Source: Thraustochytrium aureum
Taxonomy: Eukaryota
NCBI GenBank assembly: GCA_012862495.1
Contig: BLSG01000171.1
Coordinates: 1-34,661, forward strand
Direction: 5' to 3'
DNA length: 34,661 nt
Shown here: positions 1 to 11,559 of the stretch, one piece after another
Numbering within the stretch: position 1 is the first letter of the stretch
Layout of the letters: every line of letters begins with the position of its first letter
Notes under the pieces: model-generated
What the model was told of the DNA's origin: nothing
The model's database searches: none
The model's input: the letters and a program-made list of their open reading frames with translations, nothing else
Position numbers and translations under genes: made by a program

Positions 1-292
1 AAGTAGTAGTTGGCCGAAGCAACTTCTTCACGAAGCAGTGTCCTGGATCAAGTGAACGAACGCGGACCTTGTGAAAGAATCACGAACCAAGGCCGAAGTT
101 GTTCGAGCACCTTGCCGTGCAAAACCGTTGCTTGATGGAGAGATCAGTTGGCGCAACGCTGTATGGTCGCGCCGCCGCGATACCAATGCGTCTTGGTCTT
201 GCTTCACGTTCGTCATTCTGCTTCTCCTACACGATGCTCCCCGCTGATTTGCTTTCTCCACAGGCCCTAGAAGAGACTGCAATCGGATTGAT

Positions 293-1443
293 GTGCATAC
301 GCTTGCCTCAACCGCGCACGGCTTTGGCGCGACGGTCGTTGTGGCACTATCGCTCGCGCTGCATTCGTACACGCCCGTGCTTGGAATTCGCACGAAGACT
401 TGGCCGCGCGATCCGACCACTGCTCGACGCTGCGACGACCCTGCCAAAGAGAACGCGGCGCAGCTGCGGCGTCTCGCACTCACACCACACCCCGTGGAGC
501 TGTCGCCTCCTTTTGGCATCCTCAAGGCCTCGACTCGTGCAATTGCAGCATGAGCATTCAAGAAGGCCAGGTCATCCAGCCCGGCCATGAAACTTGCCCA
601 GGCGACCGGCGCACTCGACGAAAGCGGCAAACCGACGGCCGATGCTCGAGTCCTGCACATCGCTATACTTGACACGCATGAGAATGAGAAAGAGAAAGCC
701 GTCGCCGCAGAGTTCGAGGGAGAATTGACACCGACAGCCAATCCTCCGGAGGATGCGGCAGCGAAGACCGAATGGATCGAGAGCGGCAAAGGGCGCCAGC
801 AGCTGGTGGACGAGTGGGTCAAGCTGCACACCGTCAGCTTCCACAAGCTGATCGAGGAATCGTTGAGCGGGAGCCTCGAGAGGGCTTCGGCGGTGTGGGC
901 AGACTACGAGAGNNNNNNNNNNNNNNNNNNNNNNNNNNNNNNNNNNNNNNNNNNNNNNNNNNNNNNNNNNNNNNNNNNNNNNNNNNNNNNNNNNNNNNNN
1001 NNNNNNNNNNNNNNNNNNNNNNNNNNNNNNNGCTTCTGCAAAAGAAGGTCCGCGAGCTGGATGGCAGCTTTCAATTCAAAGTTGAGCTCGTACACGTTGC
1101 GCCGTTGGTTAAGGGTTGTGCTGTACGAACCAGCACGAAGGAACGCGGGCAGTTTACGCGCAGGACTCCGATTCCGGGGGCTCCCTAACGAACACGGGCT
1201 TCAACAGATAACCCGCCTATAACGCGATTCTTTTCCTTAGCGGACGCGGTTCTTGCGACAACGCACTCGCAAGTGCAGCTGGGGCTTGCGTTCCTTCATC
1301 CAAACTGCTCCGTGCCCAAACGCCACGCCGTGGGCCTGCTCGCCGTGCGGCGCAGGAAAACGCTGTCGTGCCTGAACGCGGCGCGCTTGATTCCGCCGCT
1401 TGTCCAGACCGGTTTCGGACCACAGTGCCAGCAGCGCCACTGA
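293..1443 (+). pseudogene. Fragmented/degraded coding sequence of unknown family, possibly a P-loop NTPase relic
   Basis: ORFs 293-553 and 587-912 share one frame, separated by TGA 551-553. Protein-like text (MKLAQATGALDESGKPTADARVLHIAILD...) continues past the gap (LLQKKVRELDGSFQFKVELVHVAPLV). Intron-like segments lie at 161-263 (GTATGG...TTCTCCACAG) and 1123-1240 (GTACGA...CTAAC...TTTTCCTTAG). No family recognised. Confidence 0.3.
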
Positions 1444-1494
1444 GGCTGCACGCGAAAGAAAACCCAGCACATCTTGCGAAGAAAGGAATAAAAA

Positions 1495-4400
1495 TCAGTT
1501 GTTGCGGCCTACCATCGCCAGCAGCTCGGCGGCCATCGCTGGGCCGTTGCTATCCACCAGAGCGCGGAACGCACCTCTCTCGCAAGCGATGAGCTTTGCT
1601 GGTGTGTCAAACTCTGCGACTCTGCCCTGGTGCAAGACCATCACGCGGTTTGAATCCATAATAGAGTGAAGCCGGTGCGCTATGGTGATTACAGTGCACT
1701 CGCGAAACGTGCTGCGGATCGTTTTCTGAATGAGGGCATCTGTTGCGCCGTCAACAGAGCTGGTCATCTCGTCGCAAACCAGGACCTTGGGCCTGCGCAG
1801 AATCGCCCTTGCGAGACACAACAGCTGGCGCTGACCTTGGCTCAAGTTCGACCCTGACTCACCGACCTGGGCGTCCATGCCACCAAGGCTCTGGACGTCG
1901 CTTGTCAGACAAGCGCGGTCGATGGCCTCCAACACGAGGGTATCTGAGAACTGCCCGAACGGATCGATGTTGAACCGAACAGTGCCGGAGAACAGGGTCG
2001 GGTCTTGCGGGATTATCGTTAGCGCGCGCCCTCGCACGTCTGCAAGGCCCAAATGTGCCAGGTCAACGCCGTCAATTTTGATGCTTCCCGCCGTGAGCTC
2101 GCGCAAGCGAAACATGGCAACAGAAAGCGAAGACTTTCCAGCGCCCGTTCGGCCGCAGATGCCAACGTGCTCGCCAGGCTGGATCGCAAACGATAGATTT
2201 TTCAACGCAGGAGGCAGGTTCTCGCGGTACTGCATCACCACACCTTCAAAGCAAACCCCGCCCTTGGAGGGCCACGTGGGCGGGGGAACCGAGCCTTTGG
2301 TTGCCAAATCTGGCTCCTCCGGCAGCTCTGCATATTGCGTGACGCGCTCTACGCTTGTCATCTTCGCCTCGGCTTGTGTGCTCTGTGTCACAAAGTAGTT
2401 GAAAGAGGTCGTCAGGTTGAAGCTCCACAGCACGGCCAAGCCAGCGAGGCCGGGCGAGATTGTGTCGCGCGCCCACCATGCTGCGAAGGAGACGGCAAAG
2501 GTGACCAGCCCACCCAACAGTTCGAGGCGAAGCCCGAGCCACCGGTTGGAGCTCACAAAGGCAAAGATTGCAATGTTGTTCTGGTCGACAAGCACGTCGC
2601 TGGTTGCCAAGAAACGCTCTGTTTGCTGGAAAGCACGGAGGGTAGCGAGACCGTCCAAAGTTGCGCGAAACTGGCTTTGGATGGGGCTCCTGCTTGTCGA
2701 ATCCAACCGTTGCAGCTCGACACAACTCCGCCTATAGTAGCGGTGCAATAGCGTGAACAGGACCATTACTGGCACGATGAGGACCGACGCGAGTGGCGTG
2801 ACCGAGATCATCACCGCGATCGCCGACAGCATCCAGAGCAGTGAGGCCACCATGCCGTTAAGCGATTGGACGAGGAGGTCGTCGACGACTTCGATGTCAT
2901 AGCTGAAGCGGTTTGTGATCCGCCCCAGCGGGGTTGTCTCGAAAAACTCGAGCGGGCATCGCAAGACGCGCCACGCAAGCGAATAAAACAGTGACCGCGC
3001 CGCCCAGCCACCTCCTTGCATAAATGCAAAGCACCGAAGAAGCACAAAGACAGAGTTTACCAGCGTGGCAATCACGTACCCGATCGAATAAAACCGGATC
3101 CCTTCTTGATCGCTCCCCGAAGGAAGGTCAAAGACGCTGTCTGGAGGGCCGGTCTCGGCCTCCGTCCATACCGCGAGCCACCAATCACTCGCGATGTAGG
3201 TGAGGCGCTCCACAACGAGGAGCGCCAGCACAAAGGTTACCCAGCGGTACCCGCCAGCGGCTACAATGTACTTGTGCGCGACGCCTGCGTCAACAGCGCC
3301 GTCTCTGCGCTCCTCGGCTGTCATGAGCTTGCTACTTTCAAACGATCGGCTCATCAGCGGTTTGGTTCGAGGCTTGCTACTGTGCTCGTTCGCGATCCGG
3401 CCGGTTTGGCCACCGTCGCCCTCACCTCGGCCGGGCTCGGCTGCCTCAGAATCATCGGCCGAGGCAGCCGAGGACGCGCCGCGCAATGCATCTTGCCCTG
3501 CCTGTGTTGTGTTGAGTATCGTTCGCAGCACCTTGTCAAGACTGGCTTTGCCGCCGGCAAAGTCCATAGCATCTGCATCCTGCTCGGCACTTCCCTCTCG
3601 CGCGCCCAACGACTCGCCGGCCCTGCTGCCGCCCGCCTCGTGGAGTGCGTCGAGTTGCGAAAACGATCCAACATAAGCAAGCTTCCCGCCGTACATCACA
3701 ATTACCTTGTCACATATGCTCAGATGTTGCACTGCGTGGGTGACGAGGACACGGGCGCTGTTTCGAAGAAGCCCTGTCCTGGGAGACAAAAGCCGGTGGA
3801 AGACCTTTTGGCCCACGTGTGCATCTAATGCTGAGAGTGGGTCGTCCAGGATGACAAGCTTGGCCCTGCTGTAGGCGGCCCGGGCCAGCGCCTTCGCACA
3901 ATCAACATGACGTCAGTTGCACGGCCAGACCGACAATCAACACACTCTAGAGACTGCCGACCCCCAGCGATCGATCGAGCGAGCGAGCGAGCGAGCACAA
4001 ACGAAATACAAATAACGTACGATTCTCGCCTTTTGGCCACCGCTCAGCGTTACCCCGCGTTCTCCGATCACCGTCTTTTCACGCTCGTGAAGCTGATCGA
4101 GGTCAGACCAAAGGCAGCACGCGTCCAGTGCCTTCCGAAAACGGTCCTCCTCAAAAGGGAGACCAAAAAGAATATTTTCCTCGACCGTCGCGTTCAAAAT
4201 CCACGGAGACTGACTGCAAAAGGCAATCTCGCCCGCAAAGGCTTTGTGGCTGCCATCAACCAAGCAAAGCTCGTTGAGCAGCGCTGTAACCAGCGAGCTC
4301 TTGCCCGACCCCACTGGGCCGACGACGGCCACAAGCTCGCCCAGGTGTATCGCGAGGTCAACTGAACGCAGAGCGGCAGCCTGCTCACCAGCATGGCTAG

Positions 4401-5816
4401 CTAGAGAATGGCCGTGCCAAGAAAACGACGCGTTCGTCATCTGCACCAAAACCTCACGCTCCTCCTGTGCGCCGTTGAGTGCCGCGATTCCGTCAATGCC
4501 GCCCTGCTCGTCTTGCGTGGCTGAAACGTCCAGCTGCGCAAAGGAAGCGGGTGGCTCGGGGAGCACCTCTGTCGGCCCAGCATGTTTGGCGGCAGCGTGC
4601 TCACTGCAGGCCGCAGACCTACTCCCTCTGGCGCCGCTCCCCGAAGTCAAAAACTTTGCCAAGCGGTCTGAGGCGACGAGCACCTGCGCACCCAGCATGA
4701 GCGCCTGCGAAATCTGCATGAGCGGAAACTTGAGGACGTTGAAAAAGCGAGTGCGGAAAACGCGTCGCCTGCGCTCAGGGGCCTGCTTGTCGCGCCAACG
4801 GTGACAAAGGTCGCCATGCTCGCCGTCGTCGTCGTAATGATCAGCACAGTGGTGACTAGCGCATACAGATGGAGCTCGCGAAATACATAGTTGAGCTGCG
4901 ATTCCCGAACAGCACGAATCTTGTCCATGAACGGTGCCTCCCAAGAAAAGAGCTTGACGACGCGAATCCCTGCGAGAACTTCTGTGCACAGACGCACTCG
5001 CGCATCCATAAACGGCATGTGCGCGGCGCGGACGGCGCGCTTTACACGAGCCATTATCCAGTTGAGGGGCCCAATCAGGAAGAGCACTGCAATCCCGGCA
5101 AGGGCCGGAAGCCCAAGCACAAGGAGCAAAAAGGCCACCGCCACTAAAATTTGTAGCGGCCCTGCCCAGAACAGGTGCATGAACTGCGAGACCTCAAAAA
5201 ACTTTTGGGCGTCGGCCGACATCATATTGATGATCTCCCCAGAAGAAATATCGTTCATCTCTGCCGCGCTTAGCGTCAGCGTGTGCTGGTACACAAGCGT
5301 GATAAAAAGCGCTCGGGTTTTGCGGCCCGCCGCGAAAGCGAAGTGGAAGTGCAGCTGGCTCGAAAATGCGCTGAGCAAGCTCGACAACAGCAAACCTATG
5401 GCAAAGTAGAGCCCATTGAACGAGCCGTTCGAAATCGAGTTGACCAGTTCTCGCAACAAAATGGGGTTTGCCAGCTGGGCAGTTGTGTAGAGCGCCATGA
5501 AGAATCCCGACAGAACAACCTCGCGAAGCGCCACCCTCACCAAGGCCAAGAGAAGCAGCCGTGGCACAAGCACCCCACCAATATCTCCATGCTCTTGGTC
5601 CCAAAACGCTTGCCGCAACGACTCGGCCTCCTCGCTCGCGTCGAGACTCCACAGGTCACTTTCTTCCAGCTGCCTGCTGTAGCCCTTTGCGATCACAGGA
5701 GCGACCCAAGCAAACGTCGCCCGCCACAAAACCCCGCCTCGGGTCGCACTTCTGCGGCCCTGGTGGCAACTGGATGCCGACCCCACTTTCACCGCGCCCT
5801 CCGTCTTGCTCGACAT
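1495..5816 (-). CDS. ABC transporter subfamily C (MRP-like, short form without TMD0), TMD1-NBD1-TMD2-NBD2
   Basis: NBD1: Walker A GPVGSGKSS, signature IGERGVTLSGGQKARI|ALARA, Walker B ILDDPLSALDAHV. TMD2: FFETTPLGRITNRFS, LQRLDSTSRSP, NRWLGLRLE. NBD2: GRTGAGKSS, NLSQGQRQLLCLARA, IAHRL. The model needs intron 3892-4020 and one -1 frameshift at the A5 run 4742-4746 (restores AFSALAFFNVLKFPL). Confidence 0.96.
3892..4020 (-). other. Spliceosomal GT-AG intron (129 nt, phase 0) in ABCC NBD1
   Basis: The minus strand reads GTACGT...CTGAC (branch-like)...GAAG and contains a (GCTC)n repeat and an in-frame stop. Removing it joins LSGGQKARI to ALARAAYS, which gives the canonical ABCC signature. Confidence 0.93.
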
Positions 5817-5863
5817 GTGGTGCGGTTCGCTGCCAGCGCCGCGAACCGCTGCTCGTACTAGCT

Positions 5864-5984
5864 ATGTCCCGCGTCCGCGGGCCGCCTCTTCTAGCTAGCT
5901 CTCTCTTGATCTTGATCGCAGTGTCTGTTCTGGTCTGGCAGGTCTCGAGCGTTGTGCGGAAGCGGTACTGCGCCTCCCGAGCAA
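5864..5984 (+). CDS. Possible 5' end of a small membrane-anchored/secreted protein running into a gap
   Basis: ATG 5864 opens MSRVRGPPLLASSLLILIAVSVLVWQVSSVVRKRY, a hydrophobic anchor followed by basic residues. The continuation is lost in the N gap. It starts only 47 bp from the divergent ABCC start. Confidence 0.25.
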
Positions 5985-6962
5985 NNNNNNNNNNNNNNNN
6001 NNNNNNNNNNNNNNNNNNNNNNNNNNNNNNNNNNNNNNNNNNNNNNNNNNNNNNNNNNNNNNNNNNNNNNNNNNNNNNNNNNNNNNNNNNNNNNNNNNNN
6101 NNNNNNNNNNNNNNNNNNNNNNNNNNNNNNNNNNNNNNNNNNNNNNNNNNNNGAGCCATTCGCCGACGCCGGGCAAGACTTTCCGTGTTTCTGCAACAGC
6201 GCGCCTGGGTGGCTGGCTGGTGGCCTCTGCTGTCATCGCATCCGCGTCCACTTCGCATGGCTGCAGGGAATTTGTGCCTGTGCTCTTTCAAGTTGGCATG
6301 GGCAGTCACAGTCAGTCAGTCGTTGGGGACCGCCTCATGCGAGGAAACCCAAGTACACCCTGCGTACAGCCAGCCAACCTCCGCCAAACAAACCAATCTA
6401 TCAATTCCGAGTCCGTGACAGAGAGCGTCGAGTGGACCGAGAGTCCGAGACCAACCCCGCGGTGGGACGACCCGGAGAGGCCGCAAAACAACACGAGGCA
6501 GGCCATCTCGCTGGTCGCCACTCGTTGATTCCTCCTGGCCCGGTGCGAAGAACGAGCGGAACGCGCGCGCACCCGTTGGGCTCGAGCAACACCGTCTCTT
6601 TGGCGGCGCAGGAGGAGGAGGCCAAGCTGAAGCTTCCACTTGGGCAGCAGTTGGCCCTCATGATCATTTCCTGCTCGAGAGCGTAGCTCGCGCTGCTGGT
6701 GCTGGTTGCTGGCGCTGGTGCCGCCCTGTGGCGCGTCTGGCGAGTCGGTCGCGCCCCCGAGCGCGCTCCACGCTGCGACTCCTCTCCACTTGAGCAGGCA
6801 GCGGTGACCCACGGCGGAGCCGACGCAGCTTCGCTGAGCGCCCCCGGACCGAGCCGCGCCAAGGCGCTCGCTGCCTTCGGGCGCTTGCGGAGGCCTTGAG
6901 GACAACGCGCACAGCCTAGGGGAGGGAGACCAGGCAGCCTGCCAGCCCGTGGGGAAACGACG

Positions 6963-9277
6963 ATGAAAGGCAAACGCGCACTTGTGGGGGCAGCCGGCGT
7001 TGCGGCAGCCACAGTGCTCGTGCTTGAGGCCGACGCGCAGTCGACTTTGGAGCTTTTCAAGCAGTTTGATCTGCAAAAGTGCACTTTCCTTTCCCGCATA
7101 TCGGAACAGCGCGGCGTGGAGACCGTGGAAGATTGCCTTCAGCTGTGCCTGGGCATTGCCAGGTGCTCGTACGTGGCGTACAACTTTGACCCGGGAGTTG
7201 GCCACTGCAGCCTCCACACGAATGGCTGCAGGTTTTCCGACGCAACTTCACTAACCTTTTCCAGCGCCTCGAGACGAATCGCCCTACCACTTCGCCAACC
7301 CGACGGCCTACAAATTCTCCCTCGCCCGCCCCAACGACGCTCCAGCCGACAGCCTTCCCAACACGCTTCCCAACATTGTCTCCGACGCACTTCCCGACCC
7401 CGCCCGTGGCGCAACCGCCGCCAACGCCTCGGCCAACGCCTCGGCCAACGCCTCGGCCAACGCCACGACCAACTCCACCGCCTACCCCACAGCCTACCCC
7501 ACAGCCTTCGCGAGCACCAACACAGCTGCCGACACAACTACCACAGCCGACACCACCACCAACAACAGCAACAATGCCAACGTCCTCGCCCGTGCAGGCG
7601 CCGACACAGCAGGGGGGCGCCCCAACTGGCTCGCCCAACGCGACCCCGCCGCCTCGGCCTCCTTCAGCGGCCGTGACGCCGACCCCAACTCAACAAGGGA
7701 CCCCGACGGGCGTGCCTACATCGGGCGGCTCGACCCCGGCGCCTCAACCCTCGTCGGAGACCACGACGCCTTCGCCGACTGCCTTCTCGGATGGGGTCGG
7801 AGTCAAGCCGCCAGACCAGGCGTCCGCGAATGACGGAGCAATGTGCAAGAGCACTTTTGTGCATTTCCCGAAACCGGACGGCACCCTTTTGCTCACGCTC
7901 GTGAGCGCCTGCATTGGAACCGCGGCGAGCCTGGCGGCCCTCGTGTTTGTCCTGGTGCTTCGTCAGCGCCCGATTTTCGTGGCGGGCAAGCCGCCTCTTT
8001 TGTGCGCACTCAGCACAGGTCTGTTACTTGCCAACCTTGGCTCGCTAGCTCGTGCCGCTGGCGTCGCAGCGCCGAGCCAGGGCACCTGCGCCGCGTTTGC
8101 GGTGCTGTTCTATATCGGCTTCGCCATCACGTGCGCCTCGCTTGCTGCCAAGCAGTGGTCCGCGTGGCTCGTCTACGAGGCCGCCAAGCATCGCCGTGCG
8201 ACGCGCCCAAGCCACCGCGAGCTTGTGGCCGTTGTGGTGGCCGTCGCGCTAGCCACCGCGATCGTTCTCGCAATCTGGCTTGGAGCTTTCGGCATCGCAC
8301 CGGACCCGTGCAACGGGTTCGAGTGCACGTCCAACTCGCCCGTCGTGGCCTACTTGGCATTTTGCTGCCTCGTCTTCCTCGCTTTGCTCACCCTCGCCAT
8401 CGCGTTGCTGGGCCGCCGGGCGCCCTCTGTCGCGCACGAATCGTTCGGGGTGCTCTGCTCGTCGGCGACCTTGGCGGCCGTCTTGGCCATCCTGGGGCCG
8501 CTCATTGGGCTGGGGACGGTCTCCCCCAGCGTCGGGGCGCTGCTCATTTCGCTAGGTATCNNNNNNNNNNNNNNNNNNNNNNNNNNNNNNNNNNNNNNNN
8601 NNNNNNNNNNNNNNNNNNNNNNNNNNNNNNNNNNNNNNNNNNNNNNNNNNNNNNNNNNNNNNNNNNNNNNNNNNNNNNNNNNNGGTATCGCCGGCGTTTC
8701 CATAGCGGTGCTCTCGTTGCTTGTCTTTCGCAAGCTCTCCCGCAAGTCCGACTCGTTTGCCGACCTTCGCGAGCGATACTTTCGTCCGCGCGGGTCTCGG
8801 GGGGCCGCCAATTCGAGTTCGATGTGGGTCGATGCGGCAGAGCGGGAGCAAAACAAGCGGTGGGGCAGGAGTGTGGACGAGCCTCATTACCCTGGCCACA
8901 ATCACCTCGCGCGCACTGGGAACACGCTGCCGGCCGAACAAGTTATTCTACCCGAGGCCCACCTGCCCGCCTCCGATGGCCAGCGCAACTTTATGGAGGA
9001 CCGGGACATCATTGCCACCAACCTCGACTCTGGCCAGCGCGTCTACTCGGATGGCTTGCGCACTAGGGGCGAGGAGCCCCCCGGACCGCAGCCCGCAGCC
9101 TCTCCTGCTGAAGAACTGGACGTCGGTGCAAGCACAGCGCGCGCACGCGGTTTTTTTGTCGGCCATGCCGGAGACTACGACGCGTACGTGGACCGATACA
9201 CCGGTGAGCCGTTCTGGCTGCACCGCACGTCGGGCACTATCACGCTCGACCAACCCGGTGGCGTCCAGCAGACCTAG
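6963..9277 (+). CDS. Class C (7tm_3/GABA-B-like) GPCR-like protein with signal peptide, PAN/apple-like domain, Pro/Thr stalk and C-terminal WW-like motif
   Basis: Signal-like MKGKRALVGAAGVAAATVLVLEADA. PAN-like TVEDCLQLCLGIARCSYVAYN...CSLH. PT repeats. The 7TM region has RQRPIFVAGKPPLL (TM1-2 loop), TCAAFAVLFYIGFAITCASLAAKQWSAWLVY (TM3) and RRAPSVAHES (class C P..F.E-type loop). Needs a -1 frameshift at T4 7257-7260 (or 7233-7236). N gap 8561-8683 is internal. Confidence 0.72.
7421..7468 (+). repeat. 12-bp coding tandem repeat (CCAACGCCTCGG)x3-4 encoding PTPR in a mucin-like stalk
   Basis: Three exact copies and one diverged copy, read directly from the sequence. Confidence 0.9.
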
Positions 9278-9351
9278 CGAAACGTGAGCTCGCGCTTCTT
9301 CTTTTTTGTTTTGGATTAAGCGCTCTCTCTACTACTCTGCTAGCTCGCTAG

Positions 9352-11559
9352 CTAGAGGTCGTCGTCTGCTTCCAGTTCTTCATCCCTGCCGGCGCGAGGC
9401 TGATCTTGTCGCTCGGATCGGCTGCGCCGAGACGACGACTTGCTCCTACGGCTCCCCGCGCTGCTGCTTTTGCGATCGCCGTTGCTGCTGCTCGTGCTCG
9501 TCTTGAACGAAGTGGTCCGCGCAAGCTCGGGGTCCTCTGTCGCGGCCTCGTTTTCGGCGGAAGCACGCGTTACGGGCGCTTTCTTCTTTCGAGGTTTCCG
9601 CTTGGGCGCCACGACCTGCTCCTCTGCGTCTTCGACGTCGCCGAGCTCGTCACTGCTGACCATCATTTTCTTTGGCTCTTTCGCCTTTGGCCCCGAGTCG
9701 GCATCCTTGACGCGAGTCTTGGTGCGCGAAGATTCGCTTGGGCCACTCCTGTCGCTGGCATTTGACCGCGCGCTACGCCCCTCCAACTGGCTAGAGACTT
9801 TGTCGGCGTCCGTGTGCGGACTCGCAGTGGCCGCGGCCGCATCGTTGGCGCTTTGTTTCATAGCTGAGGGGGCCGCCGGCCTAGACTTTGGTGGTTCAAT
9901 GTCTCCACAAGCAGCACTTGCACCGGCGCTCGAGGGCACCACGTTGGAATTTGAAGGCCCCGACCCAAGCAGCGAGGCGCGCATACCGTGCGCTTCGGGG
10001 TCGGTGCTCGTCTTCGCTTGCTGCGCCCCCGCCGGTTTGCTGCTTTGGCGAATTCCATCCAAGAAAGCGTGGAGGTCGTTCACGTACGACTGGAGCATGA
10101 CCACGCTGTGTCGCATCTGCGACGAGAGCTGAAACGCGCGGAGCAAGTGGGCCTCCTCGAATGTATTGCTGCCTTGAAACTTTGGCTCCTTGTTCGCGCC
10201 GCCGTTCCGCGCGGCTTCAATGTGGGTGTTCGTTGTGGCATGGAACGGAAAGCTCCCGTTGAGGCCCCAAAACGGCCGCGGGTTGTACATGACAACCAAC
10301 ACGGCCTGGCAGGCAAACGTAGAAACAATAGAGACCAGATTCACCACTTTGGAGCGATACCAGACGTCCACGATGCTGTTGATTGCGACCAGGGCCGGTA
10401 GCGAGAGGATCCATGCGCCAACAAAAGCCCAGTACTTTTTGTAGAACGCGCGTTTTTGCTGGTACTTGCGAAGCGTGACGTAAATCGCATACGTGAACCA
10501 AGCAAACGCAAAGCACCGAAGCGAAACCAACAACCCGCCTGGGAGCGTCCCATAAATGTACAGGATCGCGGCCGGGTCCGTAAAGTTTTCATAGTAAATC
10601 CAGCAGGCCGCGCTGGCCACCACGTACACGGTCATGTAGGCAGCGATTCGAACCCGCCCAAGCGCGGAGATCTTGCGCCGCACAATCGTCCACCCCTTGG
10701 CGACCAGGATGGTCATGAGCAAGAGCGCGAACTCGGCAACGAGGCCAAGCACCACACTGGCCCTTTCAAGGAACGGCTTTCCAACGCCCGTGTTGGCGAA
10801 GGCGTTCAAGTGGGCCGTCGAGAATACCATGCTAGCAGCTGAGAAAGCCACCGACGCCATCAAGAGCTGCACGCTGTGATGGTACTTTTTCTCCTTGAGA
10901 AGCAAAAAGCGGGTGTAAACGGCAAAGATCCCCAGGACAGAGTAGCCGAATGTAAACGTGATGGCGGTCTCCAAGAACCATGTCTTGTCCGCGCTAAAGT
11001 ACATCGACCGCCCGCGCCCGTTTGTTAGGTTCATGCGGTAGGTAAAGTCGAGCGAGTTGGAGCAAAACGGCTCGCCGCAGTTTGGCAAGCAATTGCCCAC
11101 CGTGACAAACATCCAGCGCGCACGGTGCGTGTTCATGTTGGTGGTCACGTTGACAGCCCAACGCAGAACCCCATCGCTGTCCGTAAACGTGGTACTCGGG
11201 AATGTTCCAGGCAGGGGCAGGTACATTCCGCCCTTTTGCTGCGCAACTATGGCCTTCTCTTCGCAGTTCAAGTTGGCGTTGTACGCGCGCTCCCAGTACC
11301 CAAACTCCTTTTGTACGCCCACTTGCTCCCCGCCTTTGTAGTAGAGCATTACGGCAGGGTTTGACAGCTCGGACGCGGCAAACGTGAGGGTCATCTCCAT
11401 TCGACCCATGAGCTCATCCCCGCTCTTGCTTGGGTTGAAGACGAACCGGTCCAAGTACACCCATGTTTCGCTCCCACGGTACGATCCCTCGATGATCCCG
11501 CCCGACGCGCTGCCGAGCAAAGCGAGCGCCGCCAGCACGAGCGCAGTAGCCGACTTCAT
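9352..11559 (-). CDS. TMEM145: TMEM145/GPR180-family 7TM protein with long low-complexity C-tail
   Basis: Signal peptide MKSATALVLAALALL, then WVYLDRFVF, RARWMFVTVGNC, YRMNLTNG...FSAD, YHHSVQLL, ILVAKGWTIVRRKIS, LYIYGTLPG, KRAFY and FPFH, which are characteristic of this family. Confidence 0.88.
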   Translation of the reverse strand: MKSATALVLAALALLGSASGGIIEGSYRGSETWVYLDRFVFNPSKSGDELMGRMEMTLTFAASELSNPAVMLYYKGGEQVGVQKEFGYWERAYNANLNCEEKAIVAQQKGGMYLPLPGTFPSTTFTDSDGVLRWAVNVTTNMNTHRARWMFVTVGNCLPNCGEPFCSNSLDFTYRMNLTNGRGRSMYFSADKTWFLETAITFTFGYSVLGIFAVYTRFLLLKEKKYHHSVQLLMASVAFSAASMVFSTAHLNAFANTGVGKPFLERASVVLGLVAEFALLLMTILVAKGWTIVRRKISALGRVRIAAYMTVYVVASAACWIYYENFTDPAAILYIYGTLPGGLLVSLRCFAFAWFTYAIYVTLRKYQQKRAFYKKYWAFVGAWILSLPALVAINSIVDVWYRSKVVNLVSIVSTFACQAVLVVMYNPRPFWGLNGSFPFHATTNTHIEAARNGGANKEPKFQGSNTFEEAHLLRAFQLSSQMRHSVVMLQSYVNDLHAFLDGIRQSSKPAGAQQAKTSTDPEAHGMRASLLGSGPSNSNVVPSSAGASAACGDIEPPKSRPAAPSAMKQSANDAAAATASPHTDADKVSSQLEGRSARSNASDRSGPSESSRTKTRVKDADSGPKAKEPKKMMVSSDELGDVEDAEEQVVAPKRKPRKKKAPVTRASAENEAATEDPELARTTSFKTSTSSSNGDRKSSSAGSRRSKSSSRRSRSERQDQPRAGRDEELEADDDL

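Noticed and set aside
551..553. In-frame TGA as selenocysteine or stop-codon reassignment
   Set aside because: TGA ends well-supported genes here (ABCC, RecQ, DRC2), the upstream frame has further stops, there is no redox motif context, and I saw no SECIS.
1495..5816. ABCC, RecQ and the exonuclease as true pseudogenes
   Set aside because: Each has a single indel at a homopolymer with intact catalytic motifs and no exonic stops. An assembly error, or recoding, is more parsimonious than decay.
9352..9370. C-terminal DDDL of TMEM145 as a KDEL-like ER retrieval signal
   Set aside because: The tail of a signal-peptide 7TM protein is expected to be cytosolic, and the match is imperfect.
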